In this document: one piece after another, positions 47,728-55,656 of the stretch
Layout of the letters: every line of letters begins with the position of its first letter
Numbering within the stretch: the stretch's first letter is position 1
NCBI GenBank assembly: GCA_040758355.1
Contig: JBFLWF010000017.1
Coordinates: 1 to 55,656, forward strand
Reading direction: 5' to 3'
Length of the DNA stretch: 55,656 nucleotides
Origin: Nitrospirota bacterium
Lineage (GTDB): Bacteria > Nitrospirota > Thermodesulfovibrionia > Thermodesulfovibrionales > Dissulfurispiraceae
Notes under the pieces: generated by a model
Told to the model about the DNA's origin: nothing
What the model saw: the letters and a program-made list of their open reading frames with translations, nothing else
Database searches by the model: none
Translations under genes and position numbers: made by a program

Positions 47728-48345
47728 ATGAGCGAAATTTGTTGCGGACTAAGAACGGGACAGGCTGTGCCTGATTTCAAGCTCGATACATTCGAGCCGA
47801 CAAAAGGAGATTTCGGGGAGATAAGCCTTGGAGCACTCAAGGCAAAAAAGAAATGGACAATATTGTTTTTCTACCCTGCTGCCTTTACTTTTGTCTGAGC
47901 TACCGAGTTTGCTGCTCTGGCAGAGCAGTATGAGAGGTTCAAAAAAATGGGTGCAGAGGTAATAACAGTCAGTACCGATACAAAATTTGTCCAGCTTGCA
48001 TGGCAGAGGGAAGAAAAGATGCTCGAAAACGTCAAATATCCGATGGGTGCAGACCCGACAGGGAAGTTGGCGAGAATGTTTGGCGTATATGACGAGGAAA
48101 CAGGCCTCGCTCTCAGGGGAACATTCATAATCAGCCCCGAGGGAAAGCTTTTAAACTCCGAGGTTAATTTCTACAACATGGGAAGAAATATCGATGAACT
48201 TATGAGGAAGTTCAAGGCAAACCTCCACCTTGCAAAGCATGCCGCAGAAGGATGCCCTGCAAAATGGAAGGAAGAAGGCGACAAGACCCTTGCACCTTCT
48301 CCCAAAATGGTTGGAAAGGTTTACGAGGCATACGAGGGTAAATAA
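47728..48345 (+). CDS. prxU: Selenocysteine-containing AhpC-type peroxiredoxin (UGA at 47896-47898)
   Basis: Continuous frame MSEICC...FFYPAAFTFV-UGA-ATEF; resolving CPAKW; hairpin just downstream; tRNA-Sec in the window. Confidence 0.9.
47910..47930 (+). promoter_or_regulatory. Putative bacterial SECIS hairpin
   Basis: TGCTGCTCT-GGC-AGAGCAGTA, beginning 11 nt after the UGA. Confidence 0.7.
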
Positions 48346-48395
48346 ACTTACATGTGGCAGGGCTAAAGCCCTGCCAATAATCAAAGGAGGTAGAG

Positions 48396-48770
48396 ATGAC
48401 AAAGAGACTGCAAATATACAAATGCGAAATCTGCGGCAACATGGTGGAGATGATACACGAGGGCATAGGGCAATTGGTGTGCTGCGGCCAGCCAATGAAG
48501 TTCTATGAGGAGAATACAGTGGACGCGTCTCAGGAAAAACATGTTCCTGTAGTGGAAAAGATAGAAGGCGGCTTTAAAGTAAAGGTTGGGAGCGTTCCCC
48601 ATCCAATGGAAGAAAAACATTACATTGAGTGGATAGAGGTTATAGCAGATGGAAAAGCATATCGTCAATTCTTAAAACCGGGTGATGTGCCAGGAGCTGT
48701 TTTCATGATTGATGCATCGGCAATTACTGCAAGGGAGTATTGCAATTTACATGGAGTTTGGAAGGGCTAA
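48396..48770 (+). CDS. dfx: Desulfoferrodoxin (superoxide reductase)
   Basis: YKCEICGN...CCG, EKHVP, HPM, HYIEWI, CNLHG. Confidence 0.95.
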   Translation: MTKRLQIYKCEICGNMVEMIHEGIGQLVCCGQPMKFYEENTVDASQEKHVPVVEKIEGGFKVKVGSVPHPMEEKHYIEWIEVIADGKAYRQFLKPGDVPGAVFMIDASAITAREYCNLHGVWKG

Positions 48771-48797
48771 CTAACAAAACACATAAGGAGGTGTAAC

Positions 48798-49205
48798 ATG
48801 GCATTATTTGTGTGGAGCGATAAGTACAGTGTAAACATCAATGAGATTGACAGCCAGCATAAGAAACTTGTGGATCTGCTTAATTCACTGCATGATTCAA
48901 TGAAGGCAGGCAGAGGCAGTGAAGTATTGGGCAAGACGCTTACAGAGCTAATTCAATACGTGGGAACACACTTTGCCACAGAAGAAAGACTCTTGAGTAC
49001 ACACGGCTATCCTGAATACAAAGCGCATAAAGCAGAGCATGCGAAACTCACTCAAAAGGCAATAGAACTCCAGAAGGACTTTCAGCAAGGTGCGCCGGTT
49101 ATCACAGTGGAAGTGTTAGGTTTCTTGAGAGATTGGCTCCAAAACCATATACTCGGAACCGATAAAAAGTACAGCCAGTTTTTAAACAGTAAGGGCGTAG
49201 TATAA
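48798..49205 (+). CDS. Bacteriohemerythrin
   Basis: IDSQHK, HFATEE, HKAEH, WLQNHILGTD. Confidence 0.93.
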   Translation: MALFVWSDKYSVNINEIDSQHKKLVDLLNSLHDSMKAGRGSEVLGKTLTELIQYVGTHFATEERLLSTHGYPEYKAHKAEHAKLTQKAIELQKDFQQGAPVITVEVLGFLRDWLQNHILGTDKKYSQFLNSKGVV

Positions 49206-49265
49206 ACTTATATACCAGGGTCAGGTCCTGTGCAGGCCTGACCCAATGTTGCAGGAGGAGATACC

Positions 49266-49709
49266 ATGTGTGTGGCATATGAGATGAGGTGCCGATGCGG
49301 CAGCAAAACAGCGAGCTTCCACTTTAAGGACAACATCATGACTGAACAGGCAATAAAGACGCTTTACTGCCCGAATTGTTCGTCTGATACAAATGTGAAT
49401 CCAGAAAAAATGGTTGTTGACAATGGGTGGATTATTGAATACGATATGGATATAGCAAAATTTATGGGCCAGAGGATTGCCGGCGCTCACATTACACCGG
49501 ACATGCTGTTCGATGAAGGCTACTGCACATGGAATGGCATTTATCCCGGGGATCATATAGACAGCGTCAAAGAGCGGGAAAAAATCACGTCTCTTGCAAA
49601 GAGCAATCCGACATTGTATCTCAAGGAAATGAAATCATGGGCAAGAGAAAGGATAGAGAGGCTGCAAAATGAAGGATGGAGAAAGACAAAAATTGGAGAT
49701 AAAGAATAG
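49266..49709 (+). CDS. Uncharacterised Cys-containing protein
   Basis: RBS AGGAGGAG; C...CRC...CPNC motifs; inside the operon. Confidence 0.8.
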   Translation: MCVAYEMRCRCGSKTASFHFKDNIMTEQAIKTLYCPNCSSDTNVNPEKMVVDNGWIIEYDMDIAKFMGQRIAGAHITPDMLFDEGYCTWNGIYPGDHIDSVKEREKITSLAKSNPTLYLKEMKSWARERIERLQNEGWRKTKIGDKE

Positions 49710-49860
49710 GAGCCACTGTTCGGTTAAAAGCATCCCTTTTCCGACAGAGATAACGTGCCCTATCTGCGGTTATGAGGTGGAACTCTGGACGGATGAGGAT
49801 GAGACGAGATGCTATGTCTGCGGTTATAAAATCTTTCAAAAAGAAAAAACAATACATTAA
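49669..49860 (+). CDS. Small zinc-ribbon-like protein (start possibly TTG 49693)
   Basis: HC...CPICG...CYVCG. Confidence 0.7.
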   Translation: MKDGERQKLEIKNRSHCSVKSIPFPTEITCPICGYEVELWTDEDETRCYVCGYKIFQKEKTIH

Positions 49861-49874
49861 GGAGGCATTACATT

Positions 49875-50291
49875 ATGGCAAGCAAGGAATTATTAGAAAA
49901 ACTCAATGACGCAATAGCGAGAGAAATGCAGGTAAGCATCCAGTACATGTGGCAGCATATAATGGTCAGGGGGATTAATGCACAGGCAATCGGCCCTATA
50001 TTCAGGCAAACAGCCATTGCCGAAATGATGCACGCGGAACTCATTGCAGAGAGGCTCGACTATCTCGGAGGCACGCCGACAACAAAGCCTGCACCCATCG
50101 ATATCGGTAAGAACACAAAGGATATGCTAAAGATAGACAAAAAGGCCGAAGAGGAAGCAATTGCAATGTATAAAGACATCATAAAGCTTGCAGAGAAGGA
50201 GAGCGACTATACGACCAAAAAACTGTTTGAGCAGATACTTGCAGACGAAGAGAATCACCATAATACCTTCAGCAGCCTTTTGGAAGATTAG
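49875..50291 (+). CDS. Ferritin/bacterioferritin-like di-iron protein
   Basis: AREMQ..IQY, EMMHAE, EEEAI..Y, DEENH. Confidence 0.9.
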   Translation: MASKELLEKLNDAIAREMQVSIQYMWQHIMVRGINAQAIGPIFRQTAIAEMMHAELIAERLDYLGGTPTTKPAPIDIGKNTKDMLKIDKKAEEEAIAMYKDIIKLAEKESDYTTKKLFEQILADEENHHNTFSSLLED

Positions 50292-50304
50292 TTGAGGAGG
50301 CTCT

Positions 50305-51519
50305 ATGAAGGCTGTTGAACTCAAAAACGGCATATACTGGGTAGGTGCAATCGACTGGGCAGTGAGGGACTTTCACGGCTATGAAACCCCACGCGGAACA
50401 ACGTATAACAACTATCTGATAATGGATGAAGAAATAACCCTTCTGGATACGGTTAAATACGACTTTTCTGACATTACTATTAAAAATATAAGGTCTGTTG
50501 TTGATCCTTCAAAGATAAGAAATGTTGTCATAAACCATATAGAGAACGACCATGTAACGAGCATCGACAAAATTATGGATTTAACGCCCAATGCCGCCAT
50601 CTATATAACAGAGAAGGGCAAAAAGGGTCTTGACAGGTTCTTTGATACTTCGAAATGGAATATAAAAATCGTAAAAACAGGGGATACCCTTAATATAGGC
50701 AAGAGGACTTTGCTCTTTATAGAAACTCCCATGCTTCACTGGCCTGATTCAATGATGACCTATATAAAGGAAGAAAAGATACTCATCAGTCAGGATGCAT
50801 TCGGCCAGCATATCGCATCTGCGGTCAGATTCGATGACGAGTTTATAACTTGTCAGTCAATGTCTGAGCTTGAAGATGCAGTTATAGATTATTATGCAAA
50901 TATCCTTATGCCATTCGGACAATTGATAAAGGCAAAGATTGCAGACATCCAGAAGTTAGGACTGGAAATAGAGATGATCGCCCCTGACCACGGCATCATA
51001 TGGGAGGCAAATCCGCAGAAAGTTTTGCAGATGTATCTGGACATGGCAAACGGTAGAACAAACCTTAGCGTTTCTATTATTTATGACACCATGTGGCACA
51101 GCACAGAACAGATGACATTACCAATTATGCAGGGGATAAAAGATGCAGGAGTTGAATGCAAGGTTATTAAGCTAAGGGCTACGCCAATGAGCATTGCAAT
51201 TAAGGAGTTCTGGAAATCGAGAGGCTGTCTCATAGGTACGCCGACTCTTAACAATATCATGTATCCCAGTGTTGCCCACTTCCTGACGCATCTTCGCGGC
51301 TTAAGGCCAAAGAACCGCATTGTCGGCGCATTCGGAAGCTATGGATGGGGAGGCGGTGCAGTAAAAGAGGCATATGAAGACTTCAAGCGAATGGGACTCG
51401 AGATATTTGAACCAGGGTTACAGATACTTTTTAAGCCTTCGTTTGAAGACGAGACAAAATGCTATGAATTTGGAAAAGAGTTTGCAAAAAAAGTAAAGGA
51501 ATATCATCAGAAATTTTAA
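50305..51519 (+). CDS. fprA: FprA A-type flavodiiron protein
   Basis: GTTYNNY, NHIENDH, HWPDSM, DAFGQH, PDHG, flavodoxin FGSYGWGG. Confidence 0.93.
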   Translation: MKAVELKNGIYWVGAIDWAVRDFHGYETPRGTTYNNYLIMDEEITLLDTVKYDFSDITIKNIRSVVDPSKIRNVVINHIENDHVTSIDKIMDLTPNAAIYITEKGKKGLDRFFDTSKWNIKIVKTGDTLNIGKRTLLFIETPMLHWPDSMMTYIKEEKILISQDAFGQHIASAVRFDDEFITCQSMSELEDAVIDYYANILMPFGQLIKAKIADIQKLGLEIEMIAPDHGIIWEANPQKVLQMYLDMANGRTNLSVSIIYDTMWHSTEQMTLPIMQGIKDAGVECKVIKLRATPMSIAIKEFWKSRGCLIGTPTLNNIMYPSVAHFLTHLRGLRPKNRIVGAFGSYGWGGGAVKEAYEDFKRMGLEIFEPGLQILFKPSFEDETKCYEFGKEFAKKVKEYHQKF

Positions 51520-51530
51520 GGAGGCATATT

Positions 51531-52025
51531 GTGAGTAAAGTTGAGAAGGATTTATTGGAGGCATTTGCAGGCGAATCACAGGCCAACAGAAAATATCTTG
51601 CCTTTGCAAAAAAGGCTGAAGAGGAAGGATACAGGCAGGTTGCAAAACTATTCAGGGCTGCTGCAGAGGCAGAAACAGTGCATGCACACAATCACTTAAG
51701 AGAGGCAGGAGGAATAAAATTCACAAAGGAAAACCTCGATGAGGCAATAAACGGCGAAACATACGAATTCCAGAAGATGTATCCACAGATGATAGAAGAT
51801 GCAAAGACTGAGGGAAATAACGGTGCATTAAGAAGCTTCAATTTCGCCAATGAGGTAGAAAAAATTCATGCAGAACTTTACAAGAAAGCACTCGAAAACC
51901 TCGGCAAAAATCCAGATGTTGATTATTATGTATGCCAGGTCTGCGGCAACACTGTTGAAAACGAAGCACCTGATAAATGCCCCATCTGCGGAGCAAAAAA
52001 ACAGGCATTTAAGAAAATAGACTGA
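51531..52025 (+). CDS. rbr: Rubrerythrin
   Basis: AFAGESQANRKY, AETVHA, VEKIH, CQVCG...CPICG. Confidence 0.94.
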   Translation: MSKVEKDLLEAFAGESQANRKYLAFAKKAEEEGYRQVAKLFRAAAEAETVHAHNHLREAGGIKFTKENLDEAINGETYEFQKMYPQMIEDAKTEGNNGALRSFNFANEVEKIHAELYKKALENLGKNPDVDYYVCQVCGNTVENEAPDKCPICGAKKQAFKKID

Positions 52026-52609
52026 TGCCAAAAAATATAATGAAGGTGCTGGCATTTCAGGGCAGTCCGAGGATAGAGGGGAATACAGACATACTACTGA
52101 AGGAAACATTAAAGCCCATACATGAATCAGGCCATGATATCAGATTATTCAAACTCAATTCCATGAACATAAAACCCTGCCAGGACTGCGGGGGATGCGA
52201 CAAAACAGGTAAGTGCATCATAAACGATGATATGGATGAGATATACGATGCCATAAGGGAGGCGGACAGGATAATCCTCGCCTCCCCTATCTTCTTTTTC
52301 GGCGTAAGCGCACAGGCAAAGATAATGATAGACAGGTGTCAGGCATTCTGGTGTGAGAAGTATCTTTTGAACAAACCAATTCCTGAAGGACGATACGGAA
52401 GAAAGGGGCTTTTATTATTGGTCGGGGGAATGAAAAAAGAGGTCGGCATCCAGTGTGCAGAGGCAACGGCAAAGGCATTCTTCAGGACAGTCAGTGTTTC
52501 AGAACACGAGACATTGAGCTTTACAGGAGTTGATGCAAAGGGCGCAATCCTTGAGCACCCAACAGCGTTGAAAGAGGCGTACGAAGCAGGAAAAAAATTG
52601 GTAGCCTGA
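52025..52609 (+). CDS. Flavodoxin-fold / iron-sulfur flavoprotein
   Basis: GSPRIEGNT, CQDCGGCDKTGKC, ASPIFF. Confidence 0.9.
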   Translation: MPKNIMKVLAFQGSPRIEGNTDILLKETLKPIHESGHDIRLFKLNSMNIKPCQDCGGCDKTGKCIINDDMDEIYDAIREADRIILASPIFFFGVSAQAKIMIDRCQAFWCEKYLLNKPIPEGRYGRKGLLLLVGGMKKEVGIQCAEATAKAFFRTVSVSEHETLSFTGVDAKGAILEHPTALKEAYEAGKKLVA

Positions 52610-52663
52610 TAATAGAGGGCTGGGCTGAGTTGAAGCAAAATTAATTTAAAGAGGGAGGAAGCC

Positions 52664-52978
52664 ATGGCAAAGTTACCGGAGCAGTATCTGAACATCAAAA
52701 AGAGGTTTAAAGGGTATTTCAAGGCTATTGATAATCTTGGAAAGGCTGCAAAGGCAGCAGGCCCTATTAATGAAAAGACCGCACATCTGATACAATTGGC
52801 AGCCGCTGCTGCCATAAGGTCTGAGGGGTCGGTCCATTCCCACACAAGGAGGGCATTGGAGGCAGGGGCAAAGCCTGAGGAAATCTACCATGCAATAATA
52901 CTGCTTTCAAGCACAATCGGATTCCCGACTGTCTCTGCTGCATTGAGCTGGGCAGATGATATTATAAAAGGGAAATAA
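52664..52978 (+). CDS. Carboxymuconolactone decarboxylase (CMD/AhpD-like) protein
   Basis: LIQLAAA...SH.RRALEAGA..EEI...TIGFP. Confidence 0.9.
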   Translation: MAKLPEQYLNIKKRFKGYFKAIDNLGKAAKAAGPINEKTAHLIQLAAAAAIRSEGSVHSHTRRALEAGAKPEEIYHAIILLSSTIGFPTVSAALSWADDIIKGK

Positions 52979-52989
52979 GTTCTCTGCGC

Positions 52990-53014
52990 AAGGCTGATGC
53001 GAAGCATCAGCCTT
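52990..53014. terminator. Hairpin between convergent genes (probable terminator)
   Basis: AAGGCTGATGC-GAA-GCATCAGCCTT. Confidence 0.7.
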
Positions 53015-53024
53015 CTATTTGTAT

Positions 53025-53501
53025 TTACATAAAAGGTTTGACGAGCTGTTTATCTGCATCTTCAAGTCTTTCAGCAAGTATCTCCGAGAATTTCTTGTAG
53101 AACTTAAGCAGCAGCGGTGCGTATTGAGGGTTTCCGTGTTCCTTTTGAATATCCTCGGAATTGAACCTGAGCACATACGTCTCATCTTCAGCCACTATAT
53201 CCGCACTCCTCGGTTTTCCTGTCACAAATGACATCTCACCAAAACTCTGTCCCATTGAAAGGTTGCATATAGTCTTTTTATAAGCCCCGACCCCTGTCCG
53301 CTTTCTGATGGAAACACTTCCCTTAAGAATAATGGAAAAGTTTTTTTCGGATGACCCCTCTTTTATAATGATGTCTCCGGGCTGAAACCTTATCCACTGC
53401 GTAATCTTGAGGAGCAGGGACAGATCTTCATCTGTGAACTCCCTGAAGAAGGGGATCTTTTTCAGTACTTCTATTATCTTTTCTTGACTAACATTTTCCA
53501 T
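53025..53501 (-). CDS. Cyclic-nucleotide-binding domain protein
   Basis: IPFF, IIKEG, FGEMSF...PRSAD. Confidence 0.9.
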   Translation of the reverse strand: MENVSQEKIIEVLKKIPFFREFTDEDLSLLLKITQWIRFQPGDIIIKEGSSEKNFSIILKGSVSIRKRTGVGAYKKTICNLSMGQSFGEMSFVTGKPRSADIVAEDETYVLRFNSEDIQKEHGNPQYAPLLLKFYKKFSEILAERLEDADKQLVKPFM

Positions 53502-53528
53502 TTTTGTTGTTAACTGGGTTATGCCCGC

Positions 53529-53822
53529 TTACAAAATATTCTCCAATGGTCTTGCTCCATGACAAATTGCAACAATTTCGATAATCTTTTCTTTAATACG
53601 GTAAACAATTCTATAATTCTCATAAATCTTCTCTCTCAAATTCTCATCGTTATATTCTGGAACAATGCGCCCTGCTTTTGGAAACTGAGCGATGGCTTTA
53701 ACAATTGCGACAATTTTCTTGGCAAAAAGAGCAGCATAATATCTTGAATCTTTAGCAATATAATCACAGATTTCTTCAAAATGCAAAGCAGCGCGGGGTG
53801 ACCACTTTATACTGTAAGCCAT
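53529..53822 (-). CDS. RelE/ParE-family toxin
   Basis: IKWSPRA, YIAKDS, GRIVPE, YRIVY, HGAR. Confidence 0.9.
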   Translation of the reverse strand: MAYSIKWSPRAALHFEEICDYIAKDSRYYAALFAKKIVAIVKAIAQFPKAGRIVPEYNDENLREKIYENYRIVYRIKEKIIEIVAICHGARPLENIL

Positions 53823-53995
53823 TTGGACATCCGCTTTTCAATTTCTTCATGAGGAATCCCTTTGCCCTCATCCAATTCTTTCAACCCGGCATCAACCTGT
53901 AGTTTAAAATACAGTTCAGCCATAATGTCATCAACCGTCACCTCTTCAGGCAAGGATTGAATCATCTGAATAACCTGCTGCTTAACTCCCGACAT
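53807..53995 (-). CDS. Putative antitoxin
   Basis: Small acidic protein (LPEEVTVDDIM...GLKELDEGK) overlapping the toxin start. Confidence 0.8.
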   Translation of the reverse strand: MSGVKQQVIQMIQSLPEEVTVDDIMAELYFKLQVDAGLKELDEGKGIPHEEIEKRMSKWLTV

Positions 53996-54043
53996 TTAAA
54001 TCACCTCCTCAATGTCCAAACAAATATACCATTTAACTCAACC

Positions 54044-54151
54044 CTATAACAAGCGGGCAGTTAACCGTTCAAGCACTTGAGAAGGCAACGCCTTTGGGTG
54101 TTAACCTCTCTACGAGTCGTGGACAAGCATCCCTGTTATCTGCCGTTGCAG
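54044..54151 (-). other. attC-like site
   Basis: Minus strand CTGCAAC-GGCAGATAAC ... inner hairpin ... GTTAACTGCC-CGCTT-GTTATAG. Confidence 0.55.
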
Positions 54152-54194
54152 GTAATCTTTTCTTTACTAATGGTCGCTGTCCCTACTATTTTGA

Positions 54195-55106
54195 CTACTC
54201 AAAATAATAAGGAACAATTTCTTCAAAAATAACACCCCCATCAATGAGAACTAAAGTAATTTTGTTATCTTCACAAATAGCCTCTAACCGCTCATCTATA
54301 GTGTCAGCAATAATTACAAACTTAAATTTATCAGTTGCTTTTATGTCCTTATCCTTGTATCTCTCATTAATTTTTTCAAAATTCCTTTTAATCCAAGCAG
54401 AGTAAGTTAAAAATTGTGTTTCAACCGTTCGATGCCTACCTCTGACTTTATTCTCTACAACAACTAATTCTCTCGTGGTTTTATCTATGCAGAAGAAATC
54501 TGGTTTATTACGCATGAAAGGTTCATTCCATGTAATAACAGGTTGGCGATCAATAATTTCTAAATTTGCTAACGCTTTATGTATATTTCTTTCAAGCCAA
54601 TCCTCCATGAACTGTTCATTCTCAAAGATATAATCCAAGTTCTGATATTTCTCCAATCTGTCCTTATATTTAATCAGTTCCTCATTTTCTTCCCTCAACT
54701 TTTTATTTTCCTTAACTAATTCAACAAGTAATTTAAAAATATCTGGACTAGTTTCCTTAGGAATAATTTCAGTAACTTTCTTATCTTCTATTTTTTCTTC
54801 GACTTCCTTTGGTTTCTCAAGTGGTTCTTCTCTAAATATTTTAATAAAGTTTTGATTGAAAGGTTGAAGGTATATTATGTCTCCATCATTAAGTTGTCCA
54901 AAAAAAGGCTTGCATGCTAATCTCAGGCCCCATCCTGCATCAAGGAAATGTTTATTCGGGAATTTACCTATAAATGTTTCCAGCGTGAAGGTGGTTCCGA
55001 TATAATCCTTGAATAACTTTTTTGCTATATCATAATCTCTGCCCGAAATAGCAATTTGACCGTATTTAATTTCCCATGATGCAATTTTCTTTTTAATAAA
55101 TTCCAT
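54195..55106 (-). CDS. Protein with N-terminal beta-rich domain, coiled coil and NucS-like PD-(D/E)XK nuclease domain
   Basis: EQFMEDWLERN...IIDRQ...PDFFCID...VVVENK...Q.LTY; AT-rich. Confidence 0.72.
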   Translation of the reverse strand: MEFIKKKIASWEIKYGQIAISGRDYDIAKKLFKDYIGTTFTLETFIGKFPNKHFLDAGWGLRLACKPFFGQLNDGDIIYLQPFNQNFIKIFREEPLEKPKEVEEKIEDKKVTEIIPKETSPDIFKLLVELVKENKKLREENEELIKYKDRLEKYQNLDYIFENEQFMEDWLERNIHKALANLEIIDRQPVITWNEPFMRNKPDFFCIDKTTRELVVVENKVRGRHRTVETQFLTYSAWIKRNFEKINERYKDKDIKATDKFKFVIIADTIDERLEAICEDNKITLVLIDGGVIFEEIVPYYFE

Positions 55107-55271
55107 TATTGTGTTCCCTCACTTTTAAGAGTGAATCAATTTCGTACAACTTGTTCATAAACGCACCTCTATTTCTCTTTTTATCCCGATTTGGGATGAT
55201 GGACGACATTTTTACCAATACTTACTCCCCATGCTTCAAATGGTATCAGACTGTATTTTCCGAGTCAACAC

Positions 55272-55300
55272 AAAAAAAACGCAGGCCGTAGCCTGCGTTT
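55272..55300 (-). terminator. Rho-independent terminator
   Basis: AAACGCAGGC-CGTA-GCCTGCGTTT with a T-tract on the minus strand. Confidence 0.8.
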
Positions 55301-55337
55301 GAAGAATTTGAGAACCCTGAAAAACCTTTGTTTTAAT

Positions 55338-55416
55338 GTCATTCCCGCGAAAGCGGGAATCCAGAAGCTGTTGATTTTAAAGAATACTGGATTCTCTGGT
55401 CAAGCCAGAGAATGAC
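55338..55416. repeat. Palindromic repeat element (GTCATTCC...GGAATCCAG / CTGGATTC...GAATGAC)
   Basis: Two inverted ATTC(C)-N-GAAT hairpin units. Confidence 0.75.
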
Positions 55417-55498
55417 GTAAGGAGACCCTGTAGCAAGACTACAGGGAATTACAAGTTAAGGGGGATTTTGTAATGGGGACAAAGTCCCCATTACGGGT

Positions 55499-55656
55499 TT
55501 ACCCAATCACCACAGATGGCATGATGCCTATAACAAATACCATTAACACTGTTATGAGTATTGCAAGGCCAAGGGATGGAGATGGTGCTATGGCTGCCTC
55601 TTGTTTCATCTCCTTCATGTACATGTTCATTACTACCCTGAGATAATAATATGCTG
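55499..55656 (-). CDS. nuoN: C-terminus of NADH-quinone oxidoreductase subunit N (partial)
   Basis: AYYYLRVVMNMYM...LAILITVLMVFVIGIMP...*. Confidence 0.8.
   Translation of the reverse strand, partial: AYYYLRVVMNMYMKEMKQEAAIAPSPSLGLAILITVLMVFVIGIMPSVVIG

Noticed and set aside
47947..48345. Truncated peroxiredoxin or pseudogene
   Set aside because: The upstream frame is intact and the stop coincides with the catalytic residue, so Sec recoding fits better.
53509..54065. Terminal inverted repeats of a transposon around the TA pair
   Set aside because: The match is short and gapped with no target duplication; better explained by attC-like arms.

Overview
Chromosomal window of an anaerobic bacterium; protein style suggests Nitrospirota/Thermodesulfovibrionia-like, which is inference only. 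(1) 1-7.6 kb is a decayed island at a tRNA-Arg(CCT) attachment site. It holds IS3, IS481 and IS4 remnants, a PIN-2TM gene, hicAB, an HNH nuclease, higBA and an AAA/DUF4143 ATPase, separated by three attR-like copies of the tRNA 3' end. (2) Core genes cover peptidoglycan remodelling, nfu, slp-clpS-TPR-arsA, cyclophilin, tal, larE, rng, radical SAM enzymes, LPS heptosyltransferases, a hybrid kinase and a PstS-like/MCP pair. (3) tRNA-Sec and tRNA-Ser are present, plus an AAKK-repeat histone-like microprotein missed by the ORF track. (4) An ISL3 sits just upstream of a PerR/Fur-led oxidative-stress cluster whose peroxiredoxin has an in-frame UGA at the catalytic site and a SECIS-like hairpin (selenoprotein). 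The most notable hidden structure is three separate integrase-less integron-cassette mini-arrays (about 3.4-5.4, 20.0-22.8 and 53.5-55.3 kb), each pairing an unusual nuclease cassette with toxin-antitoxin cassettes. Also seen: many apparently leaderless genes, 7/8-mer tandem repeats inserted in-frame in core proteins, and MITEs. No CRISPR array or integrase gene was seen. All calls are by eye; no database searches were run.
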